Part shown: piece by piece, positions 30,187 through 40,225 of the stretch
Position numbering within the stretch: position 1 is the first letter of the stretch
Layout of the letters: each line of letters begins with the position of its first letter
NCBI GenBank assembly: GCA_963765205.1
Contig: CAVXVB010000009.1
Coordinates: forward strand, 832,001-896,000
Length of the DNA stretch: 64,000 nt
From: an uncultured Verrucomicrobiae bacterium
GTDB taxonomy: Bacteria; Verrucomicrobiota; Verrucomicrobiia; Opitutales; JABDGR01
Direction of reading: 5' to 3'
Translations under genes and position numbers: made by a program
Notes under the pieces: model-generated
What the model was told of the DNA's origin: nothing
The model's input: only the letters and a program-made list of their open reading frames with translations
Databases searched by the model: none

Positions 30187-31314
30187 ATGCCGTATTTCGA
30201 CCATAACGCCACCACGCCGCCGCACCCCGCCACGCTGGCGGTGGGCCGGGAAACCGCCGAAGAGTCCTGGCACAACCCATCCAGTCCCTATCGGGCCGCC
30301 GCCCGCGCGCACGCGTTGCTCGAAACGGCGCGCGAAGAATTGGCCGCGCTCCTCGGGGGCGGGCCCGAGGAATATGTCTTTACCTCCGGTGCCACTGAGG
30401 CCAACAACGCCGTCTTGGCCCATTTCGCGCGGAAAAATCCGCCCGATGCGCGCGTCCTCGTGTCGGCCATCGAACATCCCAGCGTGCTCGAGGCCGCGCA
30501 AGAATGGTTTCCCCACCGGGTCGAATTGATTCCGGTGGATTCCACCGGGGTCGCGCGCCTGTATGCCCTTGACCGCGCGCTCGACGCCGGCCCCGTCGCC
30601 GTCGTCTCCCTGATGGCCGCCAACAACGAGACCGGCGTGCTCCAGCCCTGCGCCGAAGCCGCCCGCCAGTGCCGCGCGCGCGGCGTGCCCTTTCATTGCG
30701 ACGCCACGCAGGTTTTCGGAAAACTGCCATGGCGGGATATTGCTGAATATGATTTTGTCACCGGATCAGGGCACAAGTTTGGCGGCCCCAAAGGCGTCGG
30801 CTTTCTGAAAATCCCGAAAAGCTCCGGCTTTCACGGCCAGCTTGGGGGCGAACAGGAGCACGGCCGGCGCGCCGGCACAGAAAATCTACCCGCCATTCGC
30901 GCGATGCTCGCCGCGCTCACCACCCGCGCCGCGGACCTTCCAGCAAAAACCCCGAAGTGGGCGAGGGCGCGCGCCGATTTTGAAGTTGCGCTCGTCGCCG
31001 CCCTGCCCGGTGTCATTATCGTGGGCGAAGATGCCCCCCGGCTGTGGAATACCGTGATGTTCCTGCCGCCGCGCCACGCCAACACCCGCTGGATCGCCGC
31101 GCTCGACCGGCGTGGTTTTCAAATTTCGACCGGCTCCGCCTGTGCCACCGGCCGCGCAGGCCCTTCCCACGTCCTCACCGCGATGGGGGTTGACCCCGAC
31201 GACGCCCGCCGTGCGTTGCGCGTCTCCGGCGGGTGGGAGACCACCGCCGCCGACTGGGCCGCGCTTGCTGAGGCGTTCGCTGCGGCGAGGGTAGAGCTGG
31301 ACGCCGGTCGTTAA
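30187..31314 (+). CDS. Cysteine desulfurase (IscS/NifS family)
   Basis: YFDHNATT, FTSGATEANN, GHKFGGPKG, STGSAC. Confidence 0.92.
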   Translation: MPYFDHNATTPPHPATLAVGRETAEESWHNPSSPYRAAARAHALLETAREELAALLGGGPEEYVFTSGATEANNAVLAHFARKNPPDARVLVSAIEHPSVLEAAQEWFPHRVELIPVDSTGVARLYALDRALDAGPVAVVSLMAANNETGVLQPCAEAARQCRARGVPFHCDATQVFGKLPWRDIAEYDFVTGSGHKFGGPKGVGFLKIPKSSGFHGQLGGEQEHGRRAGTENLPAIRAMLAALTTRAADLPAKTPKWARARADFEVALVAALPGVIIVGEDAPRLWNTVMFLPPRHANTRWIAALDRRGFQISTGSACATGRAGPSHVLTAMGVDPDDARRALRVSGGWETTAADWAALAEAFAAARVELDAGR

Positions 31315-31402
31315 TGCCAGACACATAAAACGCTCAAGTAACTTCCAGCCTAAGGATTGCCAAGCCGCAATAAACCTTCTAAGGTGAAAGGAGCTTACCA
31401 TC

Positions 31403-32455
31403 ATGGCGCAACCCCGCAGACAATTCTGGCGCATCGCCGCCTGCTTGGTGATTCTCGTCACCGCCGGGCCTGGCCTCGCGCGCGCACAGATCAGACACAA
31501 CGACTTTACGGAGATGAGCAGCACGTTTTCGACCAACCAGGCTTCCTCCGTGCTCATCAGCCCGGGCCAAATGGGCATCTCCGGCCCCAGCATGTTCGTG
31601 GGGACGCTGCCCAACCTCGACAGTTCAGTGAATGACAAGCGCGCCACGCTCACCGGCAACAGTTTTCAAAAAACCTTCAGCACGCTGAACGGCCAGATGG
31701 CCGGCTCTCAGTGGAAGAGCAATTTTCCCCTCGGCCCGAACCTCCCGCTGAAAATGGCTCCCTCATCGCCCATGCACCAGCCGCAGATGGCGGACAGCAT
31801 GCAAAAAAATTCCCCACTCAACGATTTTGCCAGCCGCGACCAACTGGACCAGCACGAGGTCGGTCCTTCGAAATTCACCGACGCCTACACCTTTCACGCC
31901 GTGGACAATGGCACCCAGCTCGCGGAAGTTGGCCATGAATTGTCCCTGCAGGATATCAACCGTTACCAATTCCAAGGCTCCTTTTCCAGCGCACCCGGTC
32001 TGCCGGTCACCCATGCCGGCGGCGCCACCGACCTGCCCAGCGTTTCCGGCGGCTCCTTGAGCAACATTACCAGCGGAGACAGCCTCTTCGACTCCGGCTC
32101 CATGCCCACCAGCCATCCCCGCAGCGGCGCCGCCGTCGCCCCGAACTTTATCACTACCGGCGGCACCATTCCTTATAATCCCACCCGCGGCACGTCACCA
32201 TCCTCGTCGGTTCCACTCGGCGCCTCCAGCAACGGTGGCCCGGCCCCCAATGATTCGACCGACGGTTTCTCCGTCCCCTTGCAACATTCCGCATCCGCGC
32301 AAAGCTCGAACAAACCCCAAAATATCATGCCGACGGGAGGCCTTATTCCCAGTGGCACCTATGAGCCAACCTCACCCAGCGGCAAAGAACTTCCCATCCA
32401 GGTGGATCAAGGGGAAGTCATCGTGCGTGGCGCCACGCCAGCGCCGCAACAATAG
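31403..32455 (+). CDS. Secreted Ser/Pro/Gly-rich hypothetical protein
   Basis: Signal peptide ending ARA; low-complexity body. Confidence 0.65.
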   Translation: MAQPRRQFWRIAACLVILVTAGPGLARAQIRHNDFTEMSSTFSTNQASSVLISPGQMGISGPSMFVGTLPNLDSSVNDKRATLTGNSFQKTFSTLNGQMAGSQWKSNFPLGPNLPLKMAPSSPMHQPQMADSMQKNSPLNDFASRDQLDQHEVGPSKFTDAYTFHAVDNGTQLAEVGHELSLQDINRYQFQGSFSSAPGLPVTHAGGATDLPSVSGGSLSNITSGDSLFDSGSMPTSHPRSGAAVAPNFITTGGTIPYNPTRGTSPSSSVPLGASSNGGPAPNDSTDGFSVPLQHSASAQSSNKPQNIMPTGGLIPSGTYEPTSPSGKELPIQVDQGEVIVRGATPAPQQ

Positions 32456-32564
32456 GGAAGCCGGGGCCTTTCCATACATCAGTCTGGTGGGGAGGGAGAG
32501 GAGTAAATGGCAAAATTATGGGTCCTCCGCCCTAAAAACAACAGTTGCCCCGAGGGGAAACATA

Positions 32565-32592
32565 ATTAGACATAATGTTTATTGTGCGAAAA
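32565..32592 (-). other. dif-like XerC/XerD recombination site
   Basis: Minus strand TTTTCGCACAA-TAAACA-TTATGTCTAAT (11-6-11); XerD arm 9/11 to TTATGTTAAAT; intergenic between convergent genes. Confidence 0.6.
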
Positions 32593-32712
32593 TAGCCTTT
32601 GGGGGCAACGGGAGTTGCGATGTTTTGCGTCGGCCCGTTGGGGGATCGAATTCCGAAACACGATTATCCTCATATAGGTCGGGTCTAGCGCCTTTCACGG
32701 ACCCACACTCGG

Positions 32713-34950
32713 CTATCTTTCTTCGAGAATGCTTAATTCCGCGTTGGCGGTGCGCAATCGTTTCGAGATGGCAAAGGCCAGTTGTTCAAAAACCCGGTTG
32801 CCCAGCACGGGGTTGGATTTCAGGAGTGCATCAAAGTGGGCGCGAGAGAGGACATAAAGGTCGGCCGCCGTCTCGGCCTCCAGATCGGCCGAACGCGGTT
32901 CGCGGTCGAGAAAGGCCATTTCGCCAAAAAAGTCGCCCCGGCAAAAAGTTGCGATATGATGGCGCCGGCCGCCGGCGAGCGGCAGCAGGGCAAGAATGCG
33001 CCCGCGCCGGACAAAGAATATTTCGTCGCCCGGATCGCCGCGGGAACAGAGGCGGCCCGCCGCCGGCACGGAAACCTCATGGATGATCCCGGCCAGATTC
33101 TGCAGGGTCGCCGCATCGAATTTGGCAAAAATCTCGATTTCACCGAGACCTAGTGGAGCCGCCTCCTCCTGCGGTTGCCACCCGGCGTCGGCCAGGATTT
33201 TGTCCTCCATCCATTCGAGCGCGCTGTCGCGGGTGTCAAACACGCGGATGCCGTGGCCGCTGCGCACCAAGCCGAGCTGGGCCAGGTAAATCTCGGTGTC
33301 CCGGCGGCTGGGCAGGCCGGAAGGCATGCCGCTAAAGAGCAGTTCCCCGCCCCGCTCCTCGAGGCGCATCTTCATCTGTTCAAGCAGGTGCGCCGCCGTG
33401 TAATCCATGGAGTGGATTTTGCGCAAATCAATGAGCAGGAACCGCACGGTGGCCAAATCGTGATCGAGTTCGGAAAAGAGCTGATCGGTTGTGCCAAAGA
33501 ACAAATCGCCTTGGAGCTGCACCAGCTCCCCCTCTTGTCCGTGCTGGGCGAGAAGTTCGGCTTCGGCCCCAAGTCGGCGGCGTTTCGAATGCATGGCGCG
33601 CAAATCGAGCTTGCGGATAATCACCGAGCTGCGAATTTGTCCCCGAATGAAGAGCAGGATGGCGAAACAGATGCCGGCGGCGGACGCGGCAATCAAATCA
33701 TATTGCGCCACGAGGACGACGGTCAGTATCACCGCAAAATCCACCCGGGTCGAGGGTTGCCGGGCCAGGTGGAACACGCCGCGGTCAAACATTCGCCACG
33801 CCACGGCCAGCAGCACGCCGGCGAGTGCGGCGATGGGTACCCAGGCAATCAGCTTGCTAAACAGGAGAAAGGTGCCCACCAAGAGCAAACCTTCAGTCAC
33901 CCCCGACCACAAGGAACGGCCGCCACTGGTGAAATTGACGAGGGTCGGGCCCATCGTGCCCGAGCCTGGCATGCCGCCCATCAGAAAGGAGGTGGCGTTG
34001 GCCGCGCCCTGGGCGAGTAGTTCGCGGTTCGAATTGTGCCGGCGCCGGGTGAGGGCGTCGAGCACCACCCCGGTTTTGAGCGTATCAATGGAGAGCAGCA
34101 AGGACAGCGTTACCGCTGAAATGAAGATCAGGCTGAGATCCGCCGTCCCGACGTGAAACAGGGAAGTGGCCCGATCGTGAATCGCTCCGAAGAGCGAACC
34201 GGAGGCTTCGATCGGCCCGATCACCAGGGAGTTGCCCGTCACTTGCAGTAAATGGGGAATAAACAGCGCCAGGACAAAATAGACCGCAATCCCGGCGAAC
34301 AAGCCGAGAATCGCCGCCGGAATCCGTTTTGTGAACCGTGGGGCGGAGACCATGACGCTAATGGTCACGAGACCAACGATAATCCCCGGCCACTGCCACA
34401 ATTGCGGCGAGATTAGCCCGCGGCCCAGTGCAACGCCCTTCGGTAATCCGAGTAGTTTCGGCAATTGACCCAAGGCGATAATCACTGCCACACCGGAAAG
34501 ATAGCCGGTGACCACTTGATACGGGATATACTTGATGAGGCGGCCGGCACGCACCGCCCCATAAAGCAGTTGGAAAAGCGCCGCCAGCAAGGCCGTCAAT
34601 CCCAGCAAGGCGGTGACGCGTCCGGCATCCAAGTCGCCACTGGCGCTGAGCGTCGCCGCCAAGGCCGAGAGGACGGCGGCGGCTGGCGCGCACGGCGCGG
34701 AAATAAAACCGCCATTGCGGCCCACTAGCGGAGCCACAATGCCGAGCGCCGCTGCGCCGAAGATGCCCGCCCGTGCGCCTTCTGCGGCCAGACCCGGGTC
34801 AATCGATGTGTAGACCAGCACGCCAAACGCGATGGAGGAAGGCAGCGCGACCAGCATCGCCGCCAGCCCGCCCCAGAGGTCACCGGGGAAACTGCTGGCA
34901 CCCATCGGGGCCCGCCCGGTGGGTTTCTGATTGGTCGTTGGGTTGCTCAT
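32713..34950 (-). CDS. SulP/SLC26 anion transporter with STAS and cyclic-nucleotide-binding domains
   Basis: DLWGGL...LPSSIAFG, NRELLAQG, LQGDLFFGT (STAS), GDFFGEMAFLDREPRSA (cNMP). Confidence 0.92.
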   Translation of the reverse strand: MSNPTTNQKPTGRAPMGASSFPGDLWGGLAAMLVALPSSIAFGVLVYTSIDPGLAAEGARAGIFGAAALGIVAPLVGRNGGFISAPCAPAAAVLSALAATLSASGDLDAGRVTALLGLTALLAALFQLLYGAVRAGRLIKYIPYQVVTGYLSGVAVIIALGQLPKLLGLPKGVALGRGLISPQLWQWPGIIVGLVTISVMVSAPRFTKRIPAAILGLFAGIAVYFVLALFIPHLLQVTGNSLVIGPIEASGSLFGAIHDRATSLFHVGTADLSLIFISAVTLSLLLSIDTLKTGVVLDALTRRRHNSNRELLAQGAANATSFLMGGMPGSGTMGPTLVNFTSGGRSLWSGVTEGLLLVGTFLLFSKLIAWVPIAALAGVLLAVAWRMFDRGVFHLARQPSTRVDFAVILTVVLVAQYDLIAASAAGICFAILLFIRGQIRSSVIIRKLDLRAMHSKRRRLGAEAELLAQHGQEGELVQLQGDLFFGTTDQLFSELDHDLATVRFLLIDLRKIHSMDYTAAHLLEQMKMRLEERGGELLFSGMPSGLPSRRDTEIYLAQLGLVRSGHGIRVFDTRDSALEWMEDKILADAGWQPQEEAAPLGLGEIEIFAKFDAATLQNLAGIIHEVSVPAAGRLCSRGDPGDEIFFVRRGRILALLPLAGGRRHHIATFCRGDFFGEMAFLDREPRSADLEAETAADLYVLSRAHFDALLKSNPVLGNRVFEQLAFAISKRLRTANAELSILEER

Positions 34951-35176
34951 GGAATTTTTACCTGGATGGGGTTGACCTTTTCTATCGGGGTCGTAATGAC
35001 GGTCTTAAGCGAGCTGTTCCAGCTGCGCCTAGGAACGAGACTGGCCCGGCCCTGGCCCGCTCGCAATCCATCAATGTCTAGGGAAAATCCTTAGCGAGAA
35101 TTAGCCGCAATAGCAGTAGCTCAAAGGCCGCTAAACGATTAATAGTAACCAGCGCGGCACGCTTCCGCAAATAGCC

Positions 35177-36577
35177 ATGAACTTCGCATTAATCGGCTCC
35201 TCCGGGTCAGGCAAGGGCACTCAGCTCGCGCGCCTGACGCAGCAATTTGGCTTGGCGCCGCTCAATGTCGGCGGCATCCTGCGCGAAAACCTGGCCACTA
35301 GGACTGCCTTGGGTATGCTGGCCCGGAAATACATGAACCAAGGCGAACTGGTGCCCGACGAAGTGGTGGACGCCATGGTCGAGGCTTGGCTCGCGGGGAT
35401 TGGCCCGCGGCAGGGAATAATTTTGGACGGGTTTCCGCGCACGGTCTATCAAGCCCGATTTCTTGACGAATTATTCGCCGGGATGAAGCGCACCCTCGAC
35501 GCCGTCATTTACCTCAAGATCCACCCGGATACGGCGCTCCGGCGGCTCACCGGAAGATATTTCTGCCTACGCTGCCATGCATCCTATCACATGGAATATC
35601 TTCCTCCCGCGCAAGCGGGGGTGTGCGACCGTTGTGGAGGCAAACTTGACCGCCGCCCCGATGACAATCCGGCCTTCGCTCAAATGCGCTTGCGGGCCTT
35701 TCAGCGCACCACCGGCCCGCTGCTCGATTATTATCATTCCTCGAATCGTCTGGCGGTGGTGGAGGCGGAGGCCGCCGCCGAGGTGGTTTTCGAGAACATA
35801 CGCCAAGCGATAGAGTCCCTCACACGGCGCGAACCGCTGGCAGTGGCCGTGGTTTCCACGGCCTTAATGCAATTGCCCAAATCGGCGCAGATAACGACCG
35901 CCCCACGTCCGATTCCCAAGGGCGGAGGATTCGTGCTCGTCGGCGGGCCGGGCAGCGGCAAAGGCACCCAAGCCGAGCAACTCTGCGACCAACTCCACCT
36001 CCCGCATATCGCCACCGGCGATCTTTTTCGCGACAACCTCAAACGCCAGACCGAGTTGGGCAACCTCGCCAAGACCTACATGGATCGCGGTGAATTGGTG
36101 CCCGACGAGGTCACGGACGCGATGGTGCAGGCCCGGTTGGGACAACCGGACACCGCGGCCGGCTTCGTCCTCGACGGCTTTCCTAGGACGATGCATCAAG
36201 CCGAGGCGCTCACGGACATGCTCGAACACCTCGGGCGTCATCTTGCCGGCGTCATTTATATCAATGTTTCCGACGACGAAATCGTAAAACGGCTCTCGGG
36301 GCGGCTGGTCTGCCGCAATTGCCAGACGCCCTACCACACACTCTTCAAACCGCCGGCGCAGCCCGGAATTTGCGACCATTGCGGCGGCCCGCTCTATCAG
36401 CGCGACGACGACAACCCCACAACCGTCCGCGCGCGGCTAAAAACTTTTCACGGCCAAACCGGCCCGCTCATCGAGTATTACCAAAAGGCCGGCGTGGTCG
36501 CCGAAATCGCCGGAGAAGGGCAGGTCGCCCAAGTCACCGCGCGCACGCTGGACGCCGCCAAAAAGCTCGCGGCTTAA
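35177..36577 (+). CDS. adk: Tandem two-domain adenylate kinase
   Basis: Two full Adk units, each with a P-loop (GSSGSGKGTQ / GGPGSGKGTQ), GELVPD, LDGFPRT and a 4-Cys LID. Confidence 0.9.
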   Translation: MNFALIGSSGSGKGTQLARLTQQFGLAPLNVGGILRENLATRTALGMLARKYMNQGELVPDEVVDAMVEAWLAGIGPRQGIILDGFPRTVYQARFLDELFAGMKRTLDAVIYLKIHPDTALRRLTGRYFCLRCHASYHMEYLPPAQAGVCDRCGGKLDRRPDDNPAFAQMRLRAFQRTTGPLLDYYHSSNRLAVVEAEAAAEVVFENIRQAIESLTRREPLAVAVVSTALMQLPKSAQITTAPRPIPKGGGFVLVGGPGSGKGTQAEQLCDQLHLPHIATGDLFRDNLKRQTELGNLAKTYMDRGELVPDEVTDAMVQARLGQPDTAAGFVLDGFPRTMHQAEALTDMLEHLGRHLAGVIYINVSDDEIVKRLSGRLVCRNCQTPYHTLFKPPAQPGICDHCGGPLYQRDDDNPTTVRARLKTFHGQTGPLIEYYQKAGVVAEIAGEGQVAQVTARTLDAAKKLAA

Positions 36578-36604
36578 CCGCGCCCACCCCAAAATCCATT
36601 TGCC

Positions 36605-38109
36605 ATGTTTGAATCCGCCAATCTCGACCACCGCGTGGACAAAGCGGTGTATAAGCGCGAAGTGCCGAAGCTGCGCGAGGCACTCCTCAATGCGCAATAC
36701 GACCTGAAGGAAAGTGGCCGCTTTCCCGTCTTGATCCTCATTGCCGGCGTGGAGGGCGCCGGCAAGGGCGAGACCGTCAATCTGCTCAATGAATGGATGG
36801 ACCCGCGCTACATCAGCACCCAGGCTTTTTTTGAGCCGTCGGATGAAGAGCGCGAGCGGCCCGCCCTCTGGCGCTTTTGGCGCGCGCTGCCGCCGAAGGG
36901 CAAACTCGGCGTCTTTTTCGGGGCTTGGCACACCATGCCCGTCATCCAGCGCGTGCAAGGCGATATCACCGAGGGCGAGTTTGCACAGCAAATTGGCGAA
37001 ATTGTGCGCCTGGAAAAAATGCTGTGCGACGAGGGCGTCCTGCTGCTCAAATACTGGTTTCACCTCTCGAAGCCGCAGCAAAAACGCCGCCTAAAACAAC
37101 TGGAAAAGGATTCCGCCACGCGCTGGCGCGTCACCGAGCGCGAATGGGAATATTTCAAGGCTTATAAAAAGTTCATCCGCGTGTGCGAACCGTTTTTGCG
37201 CAAGACCTCGACGGGCGAAGCGCCCTGGATCGTCGTCCCGGCTGCGGATCCGCGTTACCGCGCCCTGACCGTGGGCCGCCACCTGCTGACCGCCCTGCGC
37301 GAGCGTCTTAAAGACCAGCCGGCCAAAGTCCCAGCGGTCAGCACGCCGCCGCTGGCGCTGCCTGCGGACAACCTGAACGTGCTGCGCGCGCTGAAGCTCA
37401 ACCAGCCGCTGACCAAGGACGCATACAAGGCGGAACTGGAGAAATGGCAGGGCCGCCTCAATGCCGCAGCGCGCGATCCCCGTTTCCGATCCCTTTCCGT
37501 GGTCACGGTGTTTGAAGGCAATGACGCTGCCGGCAAGGGCGGCGCCATCCGTCGCGTGACCAGCGCGCTCGACGCGCGGTCCTACCACAATATTTCGGTC
37601 GCCGCGCCCACCGAGGAGGAGCGCGCGCAACCCTACCTCTGGCGTTTCTGGCGGCATCTGCCGCGGCGCGGTCGTTTTGCCTTTTTCGACCGCTCGTGGT
37701 ATGGTCGCGTGCTGGTGGAACGCGTCGAAGGGTTTTGTAGCGAGGCCGACTGGCACCGCGCCTACGTCGAAATCAACGACTTCGAACAGGCCATGGTGCG
37801 CCACAACATCATTGTGGTTAAATTTTGGCTCGCCATCAGCAAGGAGGAGCAGCTCAAGCGCTTCCAATTGCGCGAGAAAACCGCCTTCAAGCGCTTCAAA
37901 ATCACTGCGGAGGACTGGCGCAACCGCAAGCAATGGGGCGCCTATGAGCTTGCCGTCTGCGACATGGTGGACCGCACCTCAACGTCCATCGCGCCGTGGA
38001 CGCTGGTTGAGGCCAATAATAAATATCACGCCCGCATCAAGGTGTTGAAGACCCTCTGCCAGGCCGTGGAAGCGGCGCTCGAAAACGTCAAGCCGGCCAA
38101 AAAAAGTAG
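36605..38109 (+). CDS. Polyphosphate:AMP phosphotransferase (two-domain PPK2, class II); probable true stop at 38107-38109
   Basis: GVEGAGKG and FEGNDAAGKGG Walker A motifs, FDRSWYGRVLVERVEG; the track ORF runs on to 38467, but one more A in the A7 run would put TAG in frame. Confidence 0.88.
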
Positions 38110-38175
38110 TACTGCGGAAAATCCGTGCGATTCCTCCGCGCCGGGATGCAAGTTCACGTCTTGGTTGAGCGCCGC

Positions 38176-39405
38176 TTATTCTTCGAGAAAATCCAGGGAG
38201 CGCCCGAAGGTTTCGCGGGACAGGGCGACGGCGACGATGGCGATGAGCACGCAGGCGCAGCCCACCACCGCCGCGCCGTCAATAATCCCGAGCCGGTCGC
38301 GCGCGAACGCAAAGGCCCACGAAATTGGGATCAGCGCCCCGCGCACCAAGTTCGGCACCGCCGTCGTCACCGTGGCGCGGAGGTTGGTGCCGAATTGCTC
38401 CGCGGCATTGGTCACCATCAGCGCCCAAAAACCGATGCCAATGCCGAGAAAGAGGCACCGCTCGTAATACCCGGTCAAATTCGCAGGCGTCCAATAGAGA
38501 TAAATGAGCGTGCTCATCAAACCGAGCAGATGAAAGATGATCAGGGCCGCGCGGCGGCGGCGAATGACCTGGCTCAAGCCGTTGCAGAGCAACCCGCCAA
38601 CCGTCAGCCCCGTGTAGGCGAGGGTTATGGCCGTGCCGGCCACCGGCACGGGATTCAGGTTCATCGCCTTCCCGAACTCCGGCGCGTAAGTGATAAGAAT
38701 GCCGATCACCAAATAAGCCGGCAGCCCGGCGAGGATGCACAACAGAAAGCGGTAAACGCGCGTCGGCGAACGAAACAGCAGCGGCAGGCTGCCGCGCACA
38801 ATGTTGGCCTGGCGCACGGAGTCGTAAAGGCCGGATTCATACAGGCCGACGCGCAGCAGGAGCAACAACAGCCCCATGCCCCCGCCAATCATATAGGCCG
38901 TGTGCCAATTGAACGCCTGGCCCACCCACGCCGCGAAAATTGCCCCCGGCACCCCCACCGTCGCGATCAGCATGGTGCCCAGCCCGCGCCGTTCGGCCGA
39001 CATGCATTCGCTGACCAACGTCACGCCCGCGCCCAATTCGCCGGCCAGGCCAAATCCAGCGACAAACCGCCACGCTTCATACGCTCCCACCGAATGGGCA
39101 AAACCGTTCGCCAGATTCGCCACGGAATATAAAATGATGGAGCCAAATAAAACGGAGAGCCGCCCGCGTTTGTCGCCCACCATGCCCCAAACAAACCCGC
39201 CCAGGAGGATTCCCGCCATCTGCCAGTTAAGCAGCCGCAACCCGACCGCCAAAGTGTCGGCATCCGCCACGCCCAAATCCAGCAGGCTCTGCTTTCGTAC
39301 GACGCTGAAGAGCAGCAAGTCAAACACGTCCACGAAATAGCCCAGCGCGGAGACGGTGATCAACAGCCCGAGGTGTTTTGACGATGGGGAGTTCTTGGCA
39401 ATCAC
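38176..39405 (-). CDS. MFS transporter
   Basis: About 12 TM; GDKRGRL motif A; RFVAGFGLAGE. Confidence 0.9.
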   Translation of the reverse strand: MIAKNSPSSKHLGLLITVSALGYFVDVFDLLLFSVVRKQSLLDLGVADADTLAVGLRLLNWQMAGILLGGFVWGMVGDKRGRLSVLFGSIILYSVANLANGFAHSVGAYEAWRFVAGFGLAGELGAGVTLVSECMSAERRGLGTMLIATVGVPGAIFAAWVGQAFNWHTAYMIGGGMGLLLLLLRVGLYESGLYDSVRQANIVRGSLPLLFRSPTRVYRFLLCILAGLPAYLVIGILITYAPEFGKAMNLNPVPVAGTAITLAYTGLTVGGLLCNGLSQVIRRRRAALIIFHLLGLMSTLIYLYWTPANLTGYYERCLFLGIGIGFWALMVTNAAEQFGTNLRATVTTAVPNLVRGALIPISWAFAFARDRLGIIDGAAVVGCACVLIAIVAVALSRETFGRSLDFLEE

Positions 39406-39568
39406 AGCGGTTCAGACAGGCTGGAAATTTAAAAAAAAGCAAAACGTTATTTGCCCTTGGCCGGGGCGGGCAGAAAGACGGCGCAACCGGGGACGGGTGC
39501 GGCGACGGGCATGAGGTGGCCGGTTTGGGCGTTGACGCAAAAGGCCGAGCGGGCCTAAAACGGCCACG

Positions 39569-40054
39569 CTATTTCTTCTCGGCCTGCGCCCTGGCCCATT
39601 CGGCCTGCTGGTCGGCCCACCATTGGTTGAGCTTGACGGGGTCCACGCCCAAATTGGCAATATCCTTGCCGTAGAATTTGAGGGAGATTTCCTGAAGACA
39701 CTCGACCGCGTAATCGCGTTCCGGCGCGGAGTCGTGCGTGGCGGCGTTAATCAGGATGGGGACGGCGAAGGTGTTCCAACTGACGATTTGGTCCATCAGC
39801 GCGATTTGCTTATCTGAGGTCAGCGCGGGGTCGTCGAGCTGCGTGACGAGGGCGGAAAGTTCGCGGTCGGCCTTGGTCGGAAAGAGACCCCAATGGTAAT
39901 GCTGATCAAGGGCGAGGACATAGAGCATCGCCACATAAAGGAAAAAGGCCGCCAGCGCCGCCGGGGCCAGGTAGCGCCGCCAGGGCGGGGGCGTCGGCCC
40001 AGGCGTGGGGAGCGCAGGCGCGGGGGGGGCGGGAGGGGCGGCGATGGTTTCCAT
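39569..40054 (-). CDS. Hypothetical single-TM protein with helical C-terminal domain
   Basis: Pro-rich N-terminus, TM segment, host-like codon usage. Confidence 0.6.
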   Translation of the reverse strand: METIAAPPAPPAPALPTPGPTPPPWRRYLAPAALAAFFLYVAMLYVLALDQHYHWGLFPTKADRELSALVTQLDDPALTSDKQIALMDQIVSWNTFAVPILINAATHDSAPERDYAVECLQEISLKFYGKDIANLGVDPVKLNQWWADQQAEWARAQAEKK

Positions 40055-40225
40055 TGTGAACAGCCTTTTAGATAAACCTATGCTTGGCCGTTTGTCAAAA
40101 GGAAGTGGAGGGAAAGTTGGCGAAAAACGCGCGCGCAAAGGCAACCATCCCGCACGGGGGCCAAAATTCTATAAACTCGGAACTGGCAACTTTGTTGCAC
40201 CCCTGCCACACTTTTCCCTTTTTCC

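Noticed and set aside
32485..32502. TCCTCTCCCTCCCCACCA on the minus strand, resembling a tRNA 3' end (possible att remnant)
   Set aside because: Only 18 low-complexity bases, no T-loop, and no match to either tRNA in the window
32235..33086. 283-aa ORF across the 32.5-kb intergenic region
   Set aside because: Overlaps two better-supported genes and the dif-like site; no motifs
35156..35170. Sigma54-like CGGCACGCTTCCGCA upstream of adk
   Set aside because: GG-to-GC spacing is 9 rather than 10 and it lies too close to the start codon
38110..38467. About 120-aa C-terminal extension of PPK2 overlapping the MFS gene
   Set aside because: It is mostly antisense read-through of the MFS gene; one A added to the A7 run gives a normal-length protein ending at TAG 38107-38109
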